Positions 1-9,707 of a DNA stretch of 64,000 bases are shown one piece after another (the first letter of the stretch is position 1; each line of letters starts with the position of its first letter). Made by a program: the position numbers and the translations under genes. Under the pieces are notes generated by a model. It was not told the DNA's origin. It saw only the letters and a program-made list of their open reading frames with translations, and made no database searches. The stretch is taken from assembly GCA_000004985.1 (NCBI GenBank), contig GG738859.1. One strand, 5' to 3'. The DNA comes from Naegleria gruberi (taxonomy: Eukaryota).

Positions 1-523
1 AAAAAGTTAAATCTTGTTAACATTCTCAAAGTTGTGAAGAGTTTTGGATTGGAAAATAATGTAACCATTAATGGATGGATTAAATATCTCAATTCTAGGG
101 AGAAACCATATAGACAGTATAGAAAATTATTCAAAAGGGAATGAATTAAGATAATTGCAAATAGATAACAGGAATTAATCTCCTTTATTTTCACTTATAC
201 AAACTTACAATTATTCAAAGGGAATAAAAAGATAATAATAAAAGGTTTGATTGAGGCAAGGAAGGAATTGAACCTTCGACCAGGTCCATTCTCAACGATC
301 CCGCCAGAACATGACGTATCATTAAAAGATGAGAACCTTACTCTCCCTACTGAGTTACTCGCTCCAAGAATTTTCTCAAATTCAAGATTGTTTTTTTTGT
401 ATTGGATGAAATTCCCTAACATCATTATGGTTTCATTGAATATTCCTGTATTCATCTAGATTATTAAGAGTGATAATAAAAATTCGAAAGTGTTTACTAG
501 TCTAATAGGGTTTGTTGAGTACT

Positions 524-1879
524 TTACTTGGGATAAACCCCATTCACAGCATAAATAGAATCCCCGTTAATGGAAATTAAATAATATTGGTTGTGAAAAG
601 CTCCAATCAATTGAGTTCGTTCATTAAATTCCACATTCGAATTTTTCAAAGTAATCTCGCCCACAGAGTCTGTCTGTAAAATTATCAATCCATTTGAACA
701 TGGAATTCCAAAGTACCCATGTTGGAGTGTAGAAATGGAAAGAGAGCATCTTGTTCCTTGTACTACCTTTTGATTGGTGACGTGTATTTCAGAATGAGAT
801 CCCTCAGTGACAACTTGGAATATTTGAGCTACATAGATAAAGGATCCCTTTGTTGGATATTCTACAGAACACACAATTCCAAACTTATCTGAATTATTGA
901 ATGCAAAAGCATTGGAACAATTCCTCATACCCTGCTTTTGGAAAGTTAACTTGTAAGAGTCTGTAGAGGTGATGGTTGTAGTCTTCTTATCCATAATTGA
1001 GAATTCCAAGTTATCACCTGTTGTATTTTGGCTTAAAACGATCAAATAATTATCCAGTGATGTCATTCCTAATAATGGAAATGAAATGTGTTGCTTGGAA
1101 AAGTCTACTGATTGAACAATTTGACCATTGATACTGTTAAACTTTACCAAATAATCTCTACTTGTAACGTAACCATCCACAGATCTAAAATCCAATAAAA
1201 ATTGGCTAAACATTTTGAACTGATTAGGTCTATTGATAATCCACTTTACAGATCCAGCATTTGAATCAATTGTGAGTACCACATCATCCAAAGCAATCAA
1301 TAAGGTGTTATCTGAAACGGTCATCAGATCATTGATCACTTGAGATATTCTGAAGATACATAGAATTGATTGTCTACTAATCTTTAAAATACCATATTCC
1401 TTTGTTGCACGGCACTGTCTCACAATAAAATAATTTCCATAATTAGCATCTACTACTGCATTCAAAAAGCCAACAGTTGGTCTCGACCATGACTTGTAAT
1501 CAATAAAACTCTCACTCTCAGAATAGGTTCCATTCTCGTTTCCTATATAAATCAAACGTTGTTGTGTTTCATCTTTCGACCCCAACACTACCATCTCACC
1601 TCTATTAGGATCCATCAATAAAGATTCAATCTCTATCGAATCAAATGTATTCTTGAACTTTCTAGTCCACTCGGCATGATTAGTAAAGTAGTGTGAATGA
1701 CGAGAACGAGCACTGTTTCCGTATCGTTGATTCCAACTATCATCAAGTGCCGATTCAACACCACTCGTAAAATACTTGATCACAATCAGTAATGTTATTG
1801 TTATTATAAGTTTAATTGAACAACAGTGTTGCTTGTTCCTATGATCAGAACCAATAGCAGCTACCGAAGATACCATCAT
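524..1879 (-). CDS. hypothetical type II (signal-anchor) membrane protein, 451 aa, single exon
   Basis: Uninterrupted ORF. N-terminal hydrophobic stretch (LIITITLLIVI) after a short basic segment, then a ~410-aa hydrophilic domain with repeated beta-strand-like segments. No recognisable catalytic motifs. Confidence 0.45.
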   Translation of the reverse strand: MMVSSVAAIGSDHRNKQHCCSIKLIITITLLIVIKYFTSGVESALDDSWNQRYGNSARSRHSHYFTNHAEWTRKFKNTFDSIEIESLLMDPNRGEMVVLGSKDETQQRLIYIGNENGTYSESESFIDYKSWSRPTVGFLNAVVDANYGNYFIVRQCRATKEYGILKISRQSILCIFRISQVINDLMTVSDNTLLIALDDVVLTIDSNAGSVKWIINRPNQFKMFSQFLLDFRSVDGYVTSRDYLVKFNSINGQIVQSVDFSKQHISFPLLGMTSLDNYLIVLSQNTTGDNLEFSIMDKKTTTITSTDSYKLTFQKQGMRNCSNAFAFNNSDKFGIVCSVEYPTKGSFIYVAQIFQVVTEGSHSEIHVTNQKVVQGTRCSLSISTLQHGYFGIPCSNGLIILQTDSVGEITLKNSNVEFNERTQLIGAFHNQYYLISINGDSIYAVNGVYPK

Positions 1880-2229
1880 ATTATGAAAATCTAGTTCGGA
1901 TATTTTTTTTGATATTGTTTTTCAATAGTTCAAGATTTTTCCCGCCAATATTTTAAAATCTCCAAGTCTTTAATTATCAATGTGGAGAATTAAATAATAA
2001 TTGCTTGATTACTTTTTGAATAGGGATTTGACTTGAGAAAGTAAATTATCCAAAAGTGAAGAGTTGGAAGTTGTAATTCCATTCAATTTGGTGTTATTGT
2101 TAGTTGTTGTGTTTGGGTCCTGAATTGAATAAATAATTTGTTTTCCTCTTGTTCTGTATCTCTCGTAAATTGATAATAATTTACTATCATTATTTCTCTG
2201 TTTTTAATAATATATTAATTCAGATATAT

Positions 2230-2565
2230 TTAAATATTATTAATTCCGAATATTATTCTTTTACATACATGTAATAGAAAAGCAAGTAATCCTCCATAAT
2301 AAATAATTAAAGCAGCCATTCCCAATTTTACATTCCTCAATTTTTCAAATGATTTTAAACTCGATATCACTTGATAGACAAGATGAAGAATTGGCACTGA
2401 AATGTTATCAATAAATGTTTGAGTGAGTGATGATTGTCCCGAAAATACAACAAGATTTGTTTCCTTTTGATTTAAATTTGTTGAAACTAGATTCCGATGA
2501 TTTGTTATTTTCTCATCATGGTGCTGAAAATTGCCATCCGAATGAGCAATTTGTGATTTAATCAT
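2230..2565 (-). CDS. possible small tail-anchored membrane protein (111 aa)
   Basis: ATG-initiated ORF with a C-terminal hydrophobic segment (GMAALIIYYGGLLAFLLHV). Isolated in a ~1 kb otherwise ORF-poor stretch. No homology recognised; could be spurious. Confidence 0.2.
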   Translation of the reverse strand: MIKSQIAHSDGNFQHHDEKITNHRNLVSTNLNQKETNLVVFSGQSSLTQTFIDNISVPILHLVYQVISSLKSFEKLRNVKLGMAALIIYYGGLLAFLLHVCKRIIFGINNI

Positions 2566-2925
2566 TTTTTAAATATTTTCCACCATCTAATAAGCACAGC
2601 ATTTTGGTATTCAAACAATAAATTGACATCTTACTACTGGTAATAGATATGTATGAGGAAACATCATCTTACAAAGAATAACACTAAGCCAACTAACTCC
2701 TCTTGGGATGTGATTGAAGAAAAACTTAATCTTCCTATTTGGAAATGTGAAAAAGTACTTGATAACAAAACAAGTGTCGGTTGTGCTCTAACAAAATGAA
2801 ATAAGCCACAACGCTGTTACTTGAAGCAACCTTCAATAAGAAACTTATCATTCGGGCATGAAAATCATCTCGTCAAGTATTGAGATAGGAAACCAAACTC
2901 ATTAAAAAAAAAAACAATCATTCGA

Positions 2926-4015
2926 ATGTATTCCAAACATTTTCTTTCATTCTGTTGTTTCTTTCTGTTGCTGCTATCTTTCTATCAACAACACCAGTTG
3001 TACTCAGTAACCAATGCTCAATTATCCTCCGTTCAATTCAATCAAGCTGTAGATGCAGCTTTAAGCAAGTTAGTTGCCGACAGTTCCTTTCAAAATTACA
3101 TCTATGATGGTATGTTGTTTGTTATCTTGAATATCATCCATACATATGAACCATGCTGAATGAATTTCTCTAACCATTTTCACAAGCCATTGCTTTCCCT
3201 GTTCCAACATGTGCAACACCAACCTCCTTTCCAACAATTAATCCCATTCCAAGTAATGTTTCAACTATCAAGATGTGTTATGATGGAGCTGGTTATATTT
3301 CTGAACCGTGGCTTTCCATTTACAAATCAGTGGTATGTTTATTTCTTGTTTCATCTCTCATAAAAATTGGAATTGTTGTGTTTAGGGAAATGGAATTGTG
3401 AAATATTTAAATAGTCAATATACAATTCAATTGACAGCATCCTTTGTGATGGTCAATACTGAGAATGGTTATTTCTCCTCAATGAAAAAGGCAGTGGATA
3501 CTGCTGCTTGCGATGTTGCAGTTGCTGACACTACCATTACAACTGAAAGGTCAACCCAAGTCAACTTTGCCAAATGTGCATATGGTTCAACTGCTAATGG
3601 CTTTTTGAGAAATGAATTGGATAATTCCACAATTATGATTTCCACCTTTTCAGATTTGAATAATCCAAATGTTACAGTTGCATTCTATGAAGGAACAATA
3701 TACGAAACTATTGCTAATCAATCACTACCTCTGGCTAAAAAAATTCCTTCAACCTATGATGAACAATTTGATTTACTAACCAAAAACAAGGTTCATGCTA
3801 TAATAGGAGATGGAATTGATTTTTTCCAATTCAAATCTAATAATTTGAAAAGCTGCTCTTCATGTTTTGTCAAGATTTTTGGAGAGAGTGCACCATTTGG
3901 AGTGTTTACTCAAATTACCACTCGTACAAGTGCAAGTGTCAGCTGCCATTTCGAATACTTTTCATTTACTGGACTAGTTTTGATAATTTTATCAACAATG
4001 TTAATGAATTTGTAA
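2926..4015 (+). CDS. secreted solute-binding-protein-like protein (bacterial SBP family 3 / ionotropic-receptor ligand-binding-like fold) with a C-terminal hydrophobic GPI-type tail; 3 exons (~2926-3109, ~3187-3332, ~3386-4015)
   Basis: Exon 1 encodes a cleavable-looking signal peptide (MYSKHFLSFCCFFLLLLSF). Spliced product contains ...KMCYDGAGYISEPWLS...VADTTITTERSTQVNFAKCAY...KVHAIIGDGIDFF, which matches the two-lobe periplasmic amino-acid-binding fold. GTATGT donors and AG acceptors keep the frame. Ends in the hydrophobic tail SFTGLVLIILSTMLMNL. Confidence 0.5.
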
Positions 4016-4169
4016 AGTCTTGGAAAACTATTAGCAATTAACAACCCTCGTAGAATCGGATAAGTTTAATTTACCCTATCAATCACCTCGTACGCACTTT
4101 CTCATTCAAAATAAATAAAACAAATTTTCAATTTCAGAAAATAATAAAATTAAAAAAAAAACACAAGAA

Positions 4170-5423
4170 ATGAAATACGTTAAATTTGGTAATACTGGCT
4201 TGAAAGTTTCTCAAATTTGCTTTGGTAAGTTGATTACTCATATTAATTATAATAATAATTATTAATTATGATCAATTTGATGATGGCTTAATTTTCTCTC
4301 TCGGAATTTTCAAATGGTGATCGGAATTTGATGATCAACAACAAGGTTGTATGAGTTTTGGATCACCAAAGTGGCAACCATGGGTATTGGATGAAGCTCA
4401 ATCATTGCCAATCTTGAAGAAGGCCTGGGATTTGGGTATTAATTTCTTTGATACTGCTGATATGTACTCAAATGGTGAAAGTGAGAGAATTTTGGGTAAA
4501 TTCATCAAGGAGAATAATATCAAGAGAGAGGAAATTGTTATTGCTACCAAGGTTTTCTTCCCTATCGATAAATCTGGTGAGCAAAAGACTCTGTTTAGAA
4601 ATGGTGTGCAAAATCTCGTTCCAAATACTTATGGTTTGTCGAGAAAGCATATCATGCATGCTGTTGAAGATTCTTTGCAAAGATTGGGAACTGATTGTAT
4701 GTATTTATTAATCATGATAATGTCGAATCATAATTCTAATATAATTTGCTTTGGAATAATTTGGAATAATTTCAAAAAGATATTGATTTGTATATTATTC
4801 ACCGTTGGGACAATAATACCCCAATTGAGGAAACAATGGAAGCTCTTCATGATTTGGTCAAGTCTGGAAAGGTCAGACATATTGGTGCTTCATCTATGTG
4901 GGCATGGCAATTCGCAAAGGCACAACACGTTGCAGAAATGAAGGGCTGGACAAAGTTTGTCTCCATGCAAAATCTCTACAATTTACTCTATAGAGAGGAA
5001 GAAAGAGATATGATTCCATTGTGTAAGGATCAATTGACAACATGCACACCTTGGTCACCAATCTCACGTGGAATTCTTGCCAGAGCTCACGAATTTGCCG
5101 ACTCAACCCAAATTGAAGGATCTTCCACTAGAGCTACCACTGATCCATTTGCAAAGCAATTCGAAAAGGAATTAACAGAGGGTGATAAGGAAACTTTGAG
5201 AAGAGTCTCTGAGATTGCCAAAAAGAAGGACGTCACCCCTGCTCAAATCGCCATTGCTTGGTTGTTGACCAAGCCTTATGTTTCTGCTCCAGTGGTGGGT
5301 GTTACCAAGATTGAAAATGTAGAGTTGAATGTTGCTGCAACAGAAATTGTCTTTACTGAGGAAGAAATTAAGCATTTGGAAGGTGCTTACGTTACTAAGG
5401 CTGTTCAAGGTGCATTGCAATAA
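4170..5423 (+). CDS. aldo-keto reductase family protein (aryl-alcohol dehydrogenase / pyridoxal reductase-like); 3 exons (~4170-4224, ~4346-4696, ~4780-5423)
   Basis: MKYVKFGNTGLKVSQICFG | CMSFGSPKW...FFDTADMYSNGESERILG...LQRLGTD | YIDLYIIHRWD...HIGASSMWAWQ... These are AKR motifs. GTAAGT/GTATGT donors and AG acceptors restore the frame. Confidence 0.8.
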
Positions 5424-5522
5424 ACTCCTTAAATTGTACACATTTTTAGCTTAGTATTTCCTTATTGCATTTTACTAAGGGGTATTTATAATGAAAATGC
5501 CCCGTGCTGAAAGTAAGTTGAT

Positions 5523-7268
5523 TTATTTCTTCACCATTGCTTCAAGGAGCGCCTGCATAAGACTGTGCCTGTCCCCTTCCGAGAGAGTTGTCACAAAGCT
5601 CGCCCACCTATTTTCACTTTGTGGTGATGGACTTCCAATAGAGTCGTTATTTTCTTGAATTGTTGCTTGACTGGAATTATCAGCAAATGAACCTCCACAA
5701 CTACTAGTTGGTGTTGCAAGTCCTGCTGGAGATAAGAGGTCAGTTCCATTTTGACTTACACTAGATGGATGAACTGATATTGAATGAGTCCTTGCTGTTT
5801 TCTTCCTTGATCCTGCACCTGTAGGTGTTCCAGAGAATACAAAGTAATTATTCTTAAACTTGTTATTTTCACACAGTACAGTCTCGTTCTTCAATAAGGG
5901 TCTACTAAATTTTTCATTCTTCTTTTCTGATGCATCACCATTTTGAGGTGTTGATGTTCCATTTGAATTGGTATTATTACTATTAGAATTTGGAGAGATG
6001 GATAGAATAGCTGATGGAGATGTATCAGCATATTGGACATGTTGCTGAGGGACTAATATTGAAATTTCTTGAACATTCTTTTTGGATTTCTTTGTTGGTT
6101 TCTTATTTGTTGAGGGTGCTTTGGTAACTTTTTTAGTTCGTTTCTTTTTTCCTCCCTTTTGTGGTTTATCCTCATCTATCATTTCACTTGTGAATGTTTC
6201 ATTCATCACATTCATGAATGCAGATTTTGAAGTTTCTCCAAGCATTTCCTCTACTGAACCTTGTTGAAGTGTTGAGGTTTCCATCATTGAGTTTGAAGTA
6301 AACGAGTGTGAATGAACTTGTTCATCGTTAGATGCGCACAAATCTACTGGTTTTAGTAAATCTTGCATTTGGTGAGAGGAGGTATTTAAGGCATGTTGAG
6401 GTGAATGTGAAATTAGTGCTGAGAAATCATTCGGATTAATGATAATGGACGCTTGATGATGATGAGGAGATGATGAGAATACATCCGACGATGATGATGT
6501 TGGGTGGTTGTTCATGGATCCAAATACAACTTGTTGTTGTGGGTTTACACTTCCATTAAGCATGATGGGTTGATTTTTCGAGACCATTCTTTGGTTATTA
6601 AGACTAGATTGTAGCAATTGAAGAATTGAAGTTTCAGATAAGTTACTATCTATCATGCCAATATTTACATTGGAGGATGGTTGCTGTGGAATTTGATTTT
6701 GTTGAGAGAACATTTGTAACAGTTGAAGGTTAGTTTGATTGAAATTGTTAGGGGAGGTGTCGGAAGGAGAGGGAATACCATTCATCTTCCATGTAGAGTT
6801 TACAGAGTTTGTATCCATATTGATGGTAACTTGTTGGGTGTGTTGAAGATGAGACTGGTTATTGTTGGAACAGTTCATGTTAGGTGGGAGAGGAGCAACA
6901 ATATTCGATTGATGATTAAGCATTTCAACTTGCTGTAGTAATTTTTCAATGGAAATGTTATTCGTGTCGAGACACATGTTAGAATTCAAGGATTGTTGTG
7001 ATTGTGAATGATTGAGAGTATTTTGATTATTATTTGAATTTTGTTGGAGGAGAGAATTAAGCGAATCTTGAGTATTAGGAGTCATGAATAAACCATGTGG
7101 AGAAATGATACCGTTACCTAAAAGCTCTGACAGCGTCGATGAATTGTTGGTAGCAGTGCCAGCTTGCTGGTGTTGTTGGGAGTGTGTTGGTGAGGATAAT
7201 TGTTGAAAGAGTCCTTCACCAATATTGTTATTATTATTATTGTTATTAGTTTGTTGCAATTGTCTCAT
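5523..7268 (-). CDS. N/Q-rich low-complexity protein (581 aa) with lysine-rich NLS-like patch and conserved FSRPLLKNETVLCE...NYFVF motif; paralog of 55022..56929
   Basis: Long uninterrupted ORF with poly-N and Q-rich runs and a KKKRTKKVTKAPSTNKKPTKKSKK patch. The motif KFSRPLLKNETVLCENNKFKNNYFVF is shared 15/15 in its core with the 55022..56929 ORF. Confidence 0.5.
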   Translation of the reverse strand: MRQLQQTNNNNNNNNIGEGLFQQLSSPTHSQQHQQAGTATNNSSTLSELLGNGIISPHGLFMTPNTQDSLNSLLQQNSNNNQNTLNHSQSQQSLNSNMCLDTNNISIEKLLQQVEMLNHQSNIVAPLPPNMNCSNNNQSHLQHTQQVTINMDTNSVNSTWKMNGIPSPSDTSPNNFNQTNLQLLQMFSQQNQIPQQPSSNVNIGMIDSNLSETSILQLLQSSLNNQRMVSKNQPIMLNGSVNPQQQVVFGSMNNHPTSSSSDVFSSSPHHHQASIIINPNDFSALISHSPQHALNTSSHQMQDLLKPVDLCASNDEQVHSHSFTSNSMMETSTLQQGSVEEMLGETSKSAFMNVMNETFTSEMIDEDKPQKGGKKKRTKKVTKAPSTNKKPTKKSKKNVQEISILVPQQHVQYADTSPSAILSISPNSNSNNTNSNGTSTPQNGDASEKKNEKFSRPLLKNETVLCENNKFKNNYFVFSGTPTGAGSRKKTARTHSISVHPSSVSQNGTDLLSPAGLATPTSSCGGSFADNSSQATIQENNDSIGSPSPQSENRWASFVTTLSEGDRHSLMQALLEAMVKK

Positions 7269-8043
7269 TCGTATATATGGTGTTATAATGGTATTGAGAA
7301 ATGACTGGTGGTAGGATGGTTGTTATTAAGTGATGAATTGCTTATATTCTAGGTTTTTAATATTCTTATTCTTTATAATGACTCTTATTGTTGTTGGTAC
7401 GTTCAACTCTTATAAGGGTGCATTCACAAAGGAAGGCTTTCCTCAAATGAATCGTTGTTTAATATTGTTGTTACCTTTTCTTTTGGGCAAAAATGCTCTT
7501 GTTGTTGATCACTGCATCTCCTGTGCATGCTGCGTGAAAGAGGATGATGCTGCTTAAATAATTTTTACAGGACATCTTAAAAAGTATTCAATTTTTCGTT
7601 TACGCGTAAAATCACCGAATAGGTGTTGCTTAAATGGCTTTTGGTTTTTTCTATTGGTGTATTAAGAAATTTTGGTATCGTTCATGGGATGAATAACCGA
7701 CAACGACTGGTCTATTAAGGAGTGAAGCACCAATTTTAATCGAAGAATCTTTATGCTGCTCTTGTTTAGAAATAATGAGTTTGGTTTTCCTAGCCTTCAC
7801 CAAGCATCCCAGTTCAAACAGCCAGTTTTCTTTGTTAGATTCACAACAGAGAGAGCGTGATCTCAATTTGACTCTTCCTCACTGTTCTTTCCACCAACAT
7901 TACAGTACCTGTATTGTCAAGATCTTGCATTTTTCAACTGAAACCCATATTAATCTTGAGAGTTTTTGACAATTCTAATAATCGATAGCTGCTTTTGTCC
8001 TTAGTATCATAAATAACACCTCCCTATTCAACCTTAATAACAA

Positions 8044-8116
8044 GCCGACATAGCTCAGTTGGGAGAGCGTAAGACTGAAGATCTTAAGGTCCCTGGTTCG
8101 ATCCCTGGTGTCGGCA
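8044..8116 (+). tRNA. tRNA-Phe (anticodon GAA)
   Basis: GCCGACATAGCTCAGTTGGGAGAGCGTAAGACTGAAGATCTTAAGGTCCCTGGTTCGATCCCTGGTGTCGGCA. Canonical cloverleaf, A box TAGCTCAGTTGGGAGAGC, B box GGTTCGATCC, anticodon loop CTGAAGA. Near-identical to textbook eukaryotic tRNA-Phe. A T-run (TTTT) lies 4 nt downstream. Confidence 0.9.
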
Positions 8117-8279
8117 AATTTTGATTTTGTATCTCCATCTTCAAATTTGCATAATAACGTCATTTTCAAAAGCCATTCAAAAAACAAAAGTCTGCATTTC
8201 ATTCCACTTTGCTCCTGGACCCATTTTCTTTACTGTTCGACAATAATATTCAATAATACTGTTCCTTTTTGTCATTTAA

Positions 8280-9680
8280 ATGATGACCACAGATTTTCTG
8301 TGTCCTGAGAATGCTTCCTCCCTCAAACCTCGTCCTCCAACCTCACCGTGTACTTCTTCTTCATCATCGGGAAGAAGACAAGCAAGTGTTCGAAATTTAC
8401 AATTTTCTTCTGTACCCTCTTCTCCCTCATCATCCAAAAGAGCTTCTCCAACCACATCATTAAACAGTTCAAAACCCTTATCATCTTCATCGAATAGTAA
8501 AAGTCCATCACTAACCATAGGAACTGCCACATTATCACCAAGAATAACAACATCATTATCTGCACAACAAGCACCTCCATCACCCTCATCAGCAGCAGCA
8601 AGAAAGATACGTCTCAATATTGATTTGAATCAAATTCAAAAACAAAATGAAACTACCATCGCAATTGGATTAAAAAGATCATCTTCTAAGAGTCATTCAT
8701 TGAACAGCTCCCCAATTAATCATCTCCTCTCACCCAATTCCATCCTTTCAAACAACTTATACTCGAGTAATAGCAATCAATGCACTCCAGCTACAATGAT
8801 AACCGTTACTTCATCCTATCGGAGCACAGTAGAGAAGGATGATTTGATGAAAATTGTACCCTACTCTCCACACATTCCCTCTCCCATAATGAGTAAGGGA
8901 TTGTTTGAGAGTGATGGATGTGAATTCTCTCCACGTGATGCTCACTGGCTGCCCAAACAAAAGAAAACCATCACTAAGGAGAAGAGTTATCAATCGTTGC
9001 CACCCCAGGTTGAGGAGAATGAATTTAATCTGATGAGTCCACGACACATTGTGGAAACTTATTCAACTACAAAGAAAAAGTTTACAGAGATTAAGAATAA
9101 CCCAATATTCGATACTGCACTATTGGAAAATAAGGCTAAAGTTGCTGAATTTAAAAGTGAAAAATTCAAAATTTTGAGAGAATTTTGTGATATGAATTCT
9201 ACATTGGATGTTTGTTATAAGGAATTGGGTTCATTTACAAGTTTGGAAAATCCACAAGATCCACTCAAAGTTGTGGTTGACAAAGCAGCTTTTGAACAAT
9301 CACCAATTCATGAACATGAGGATGCTCTTCATAAACGAAGACAACTCAAAAGAATGATGAAGAATGCCAAAAATCAAAATATTGCCAATGACTATGCAAG
9401 TGACATGGATTTGAAATCTCTCTTACTCATTTGTGAGTTGAGAGAGAAGGAAAAGAAGGAATTTCCGACACCAAGGAAATCACTTCTTAAAAGTCCAAGA
9501 ACTCCCAGAACTCCAGGAAGAAATGCCAAGTTGCCACCTCTCAAATTTTCAGAACAATACAGATTAAGCAAAATAAGACAATCTATGGAAGTAAGTGGCA
9601 CTGATTCCTCTTCTCCAATAAGTAATGGCTCTGTACAACAATCAACTGTGATGCTATCACCTTCATCTCCTAATAATTAA
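8280..9680 (+). CDS. Ser/Pro-rich hypothetical protein (466 aa) with clustered proline-directed (S/T-P) sites
   Basis: Uninterrupted ORF, Ser-rich N-terminal half, multiple SPxK/TPR motifs (SPRTPRTPGR) near the C-terminus. The antisense ORFs 8276..8617 and 8323..8601 are alternate-frame artefacts. Confidence 0.4.
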   Translation: MMTTDFLCPENASSLKPRPPTSPCTSSSSSGRRQASVRNLQFSSVPSSPSSSKRASPTTSLNSSKPLSSSSNSKSPSLTIGTATLSPRITTSLSAQQAPPSPSSAAARKIRLNIDLNQIQKQNETTIAIGLKRSSSKSHSLNSSPINHLLSPNSILSNNLYSSNSNQCTPATMITVTSSYRSTVEKDDLMKIVPYSPHIPSPIMSKGLFESDGCEFSPRDAHWLPKQKKTITKEKSYQSLPPQVEENEFNLMSPRHIVETYSTTKKKFTEIKNNPIFDTALLENKAKVAEFKSEKFKILREFCDMNSTLDVCYKELGSFTSLENPQDPLKVVVDKAAFEQSPIHEHEDALHKRRQLKRMMKNAKNQNIANDYASDMDLKSLLLICELREKEKKEFPTPRKSLLKSPRTPRTPGRNAKLPPLKFSEQYRLSKIRQSMEVSGTDSSSPISNGSVQQSTVMLSPSSPNN

Positions 9681-9707
9681 TTTATTAGAAAGGTTAACAT
9701 GCGGTTT

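Noticed and set aside
8276-8617. Minus-strand ORFs 8276..8617 and 8323..8601 overlapping the start of 8280..9680
   Set aside because: Antisense of a Ser-codon-rich region. No independent start or splice signals. The + strand ORF is far longer.
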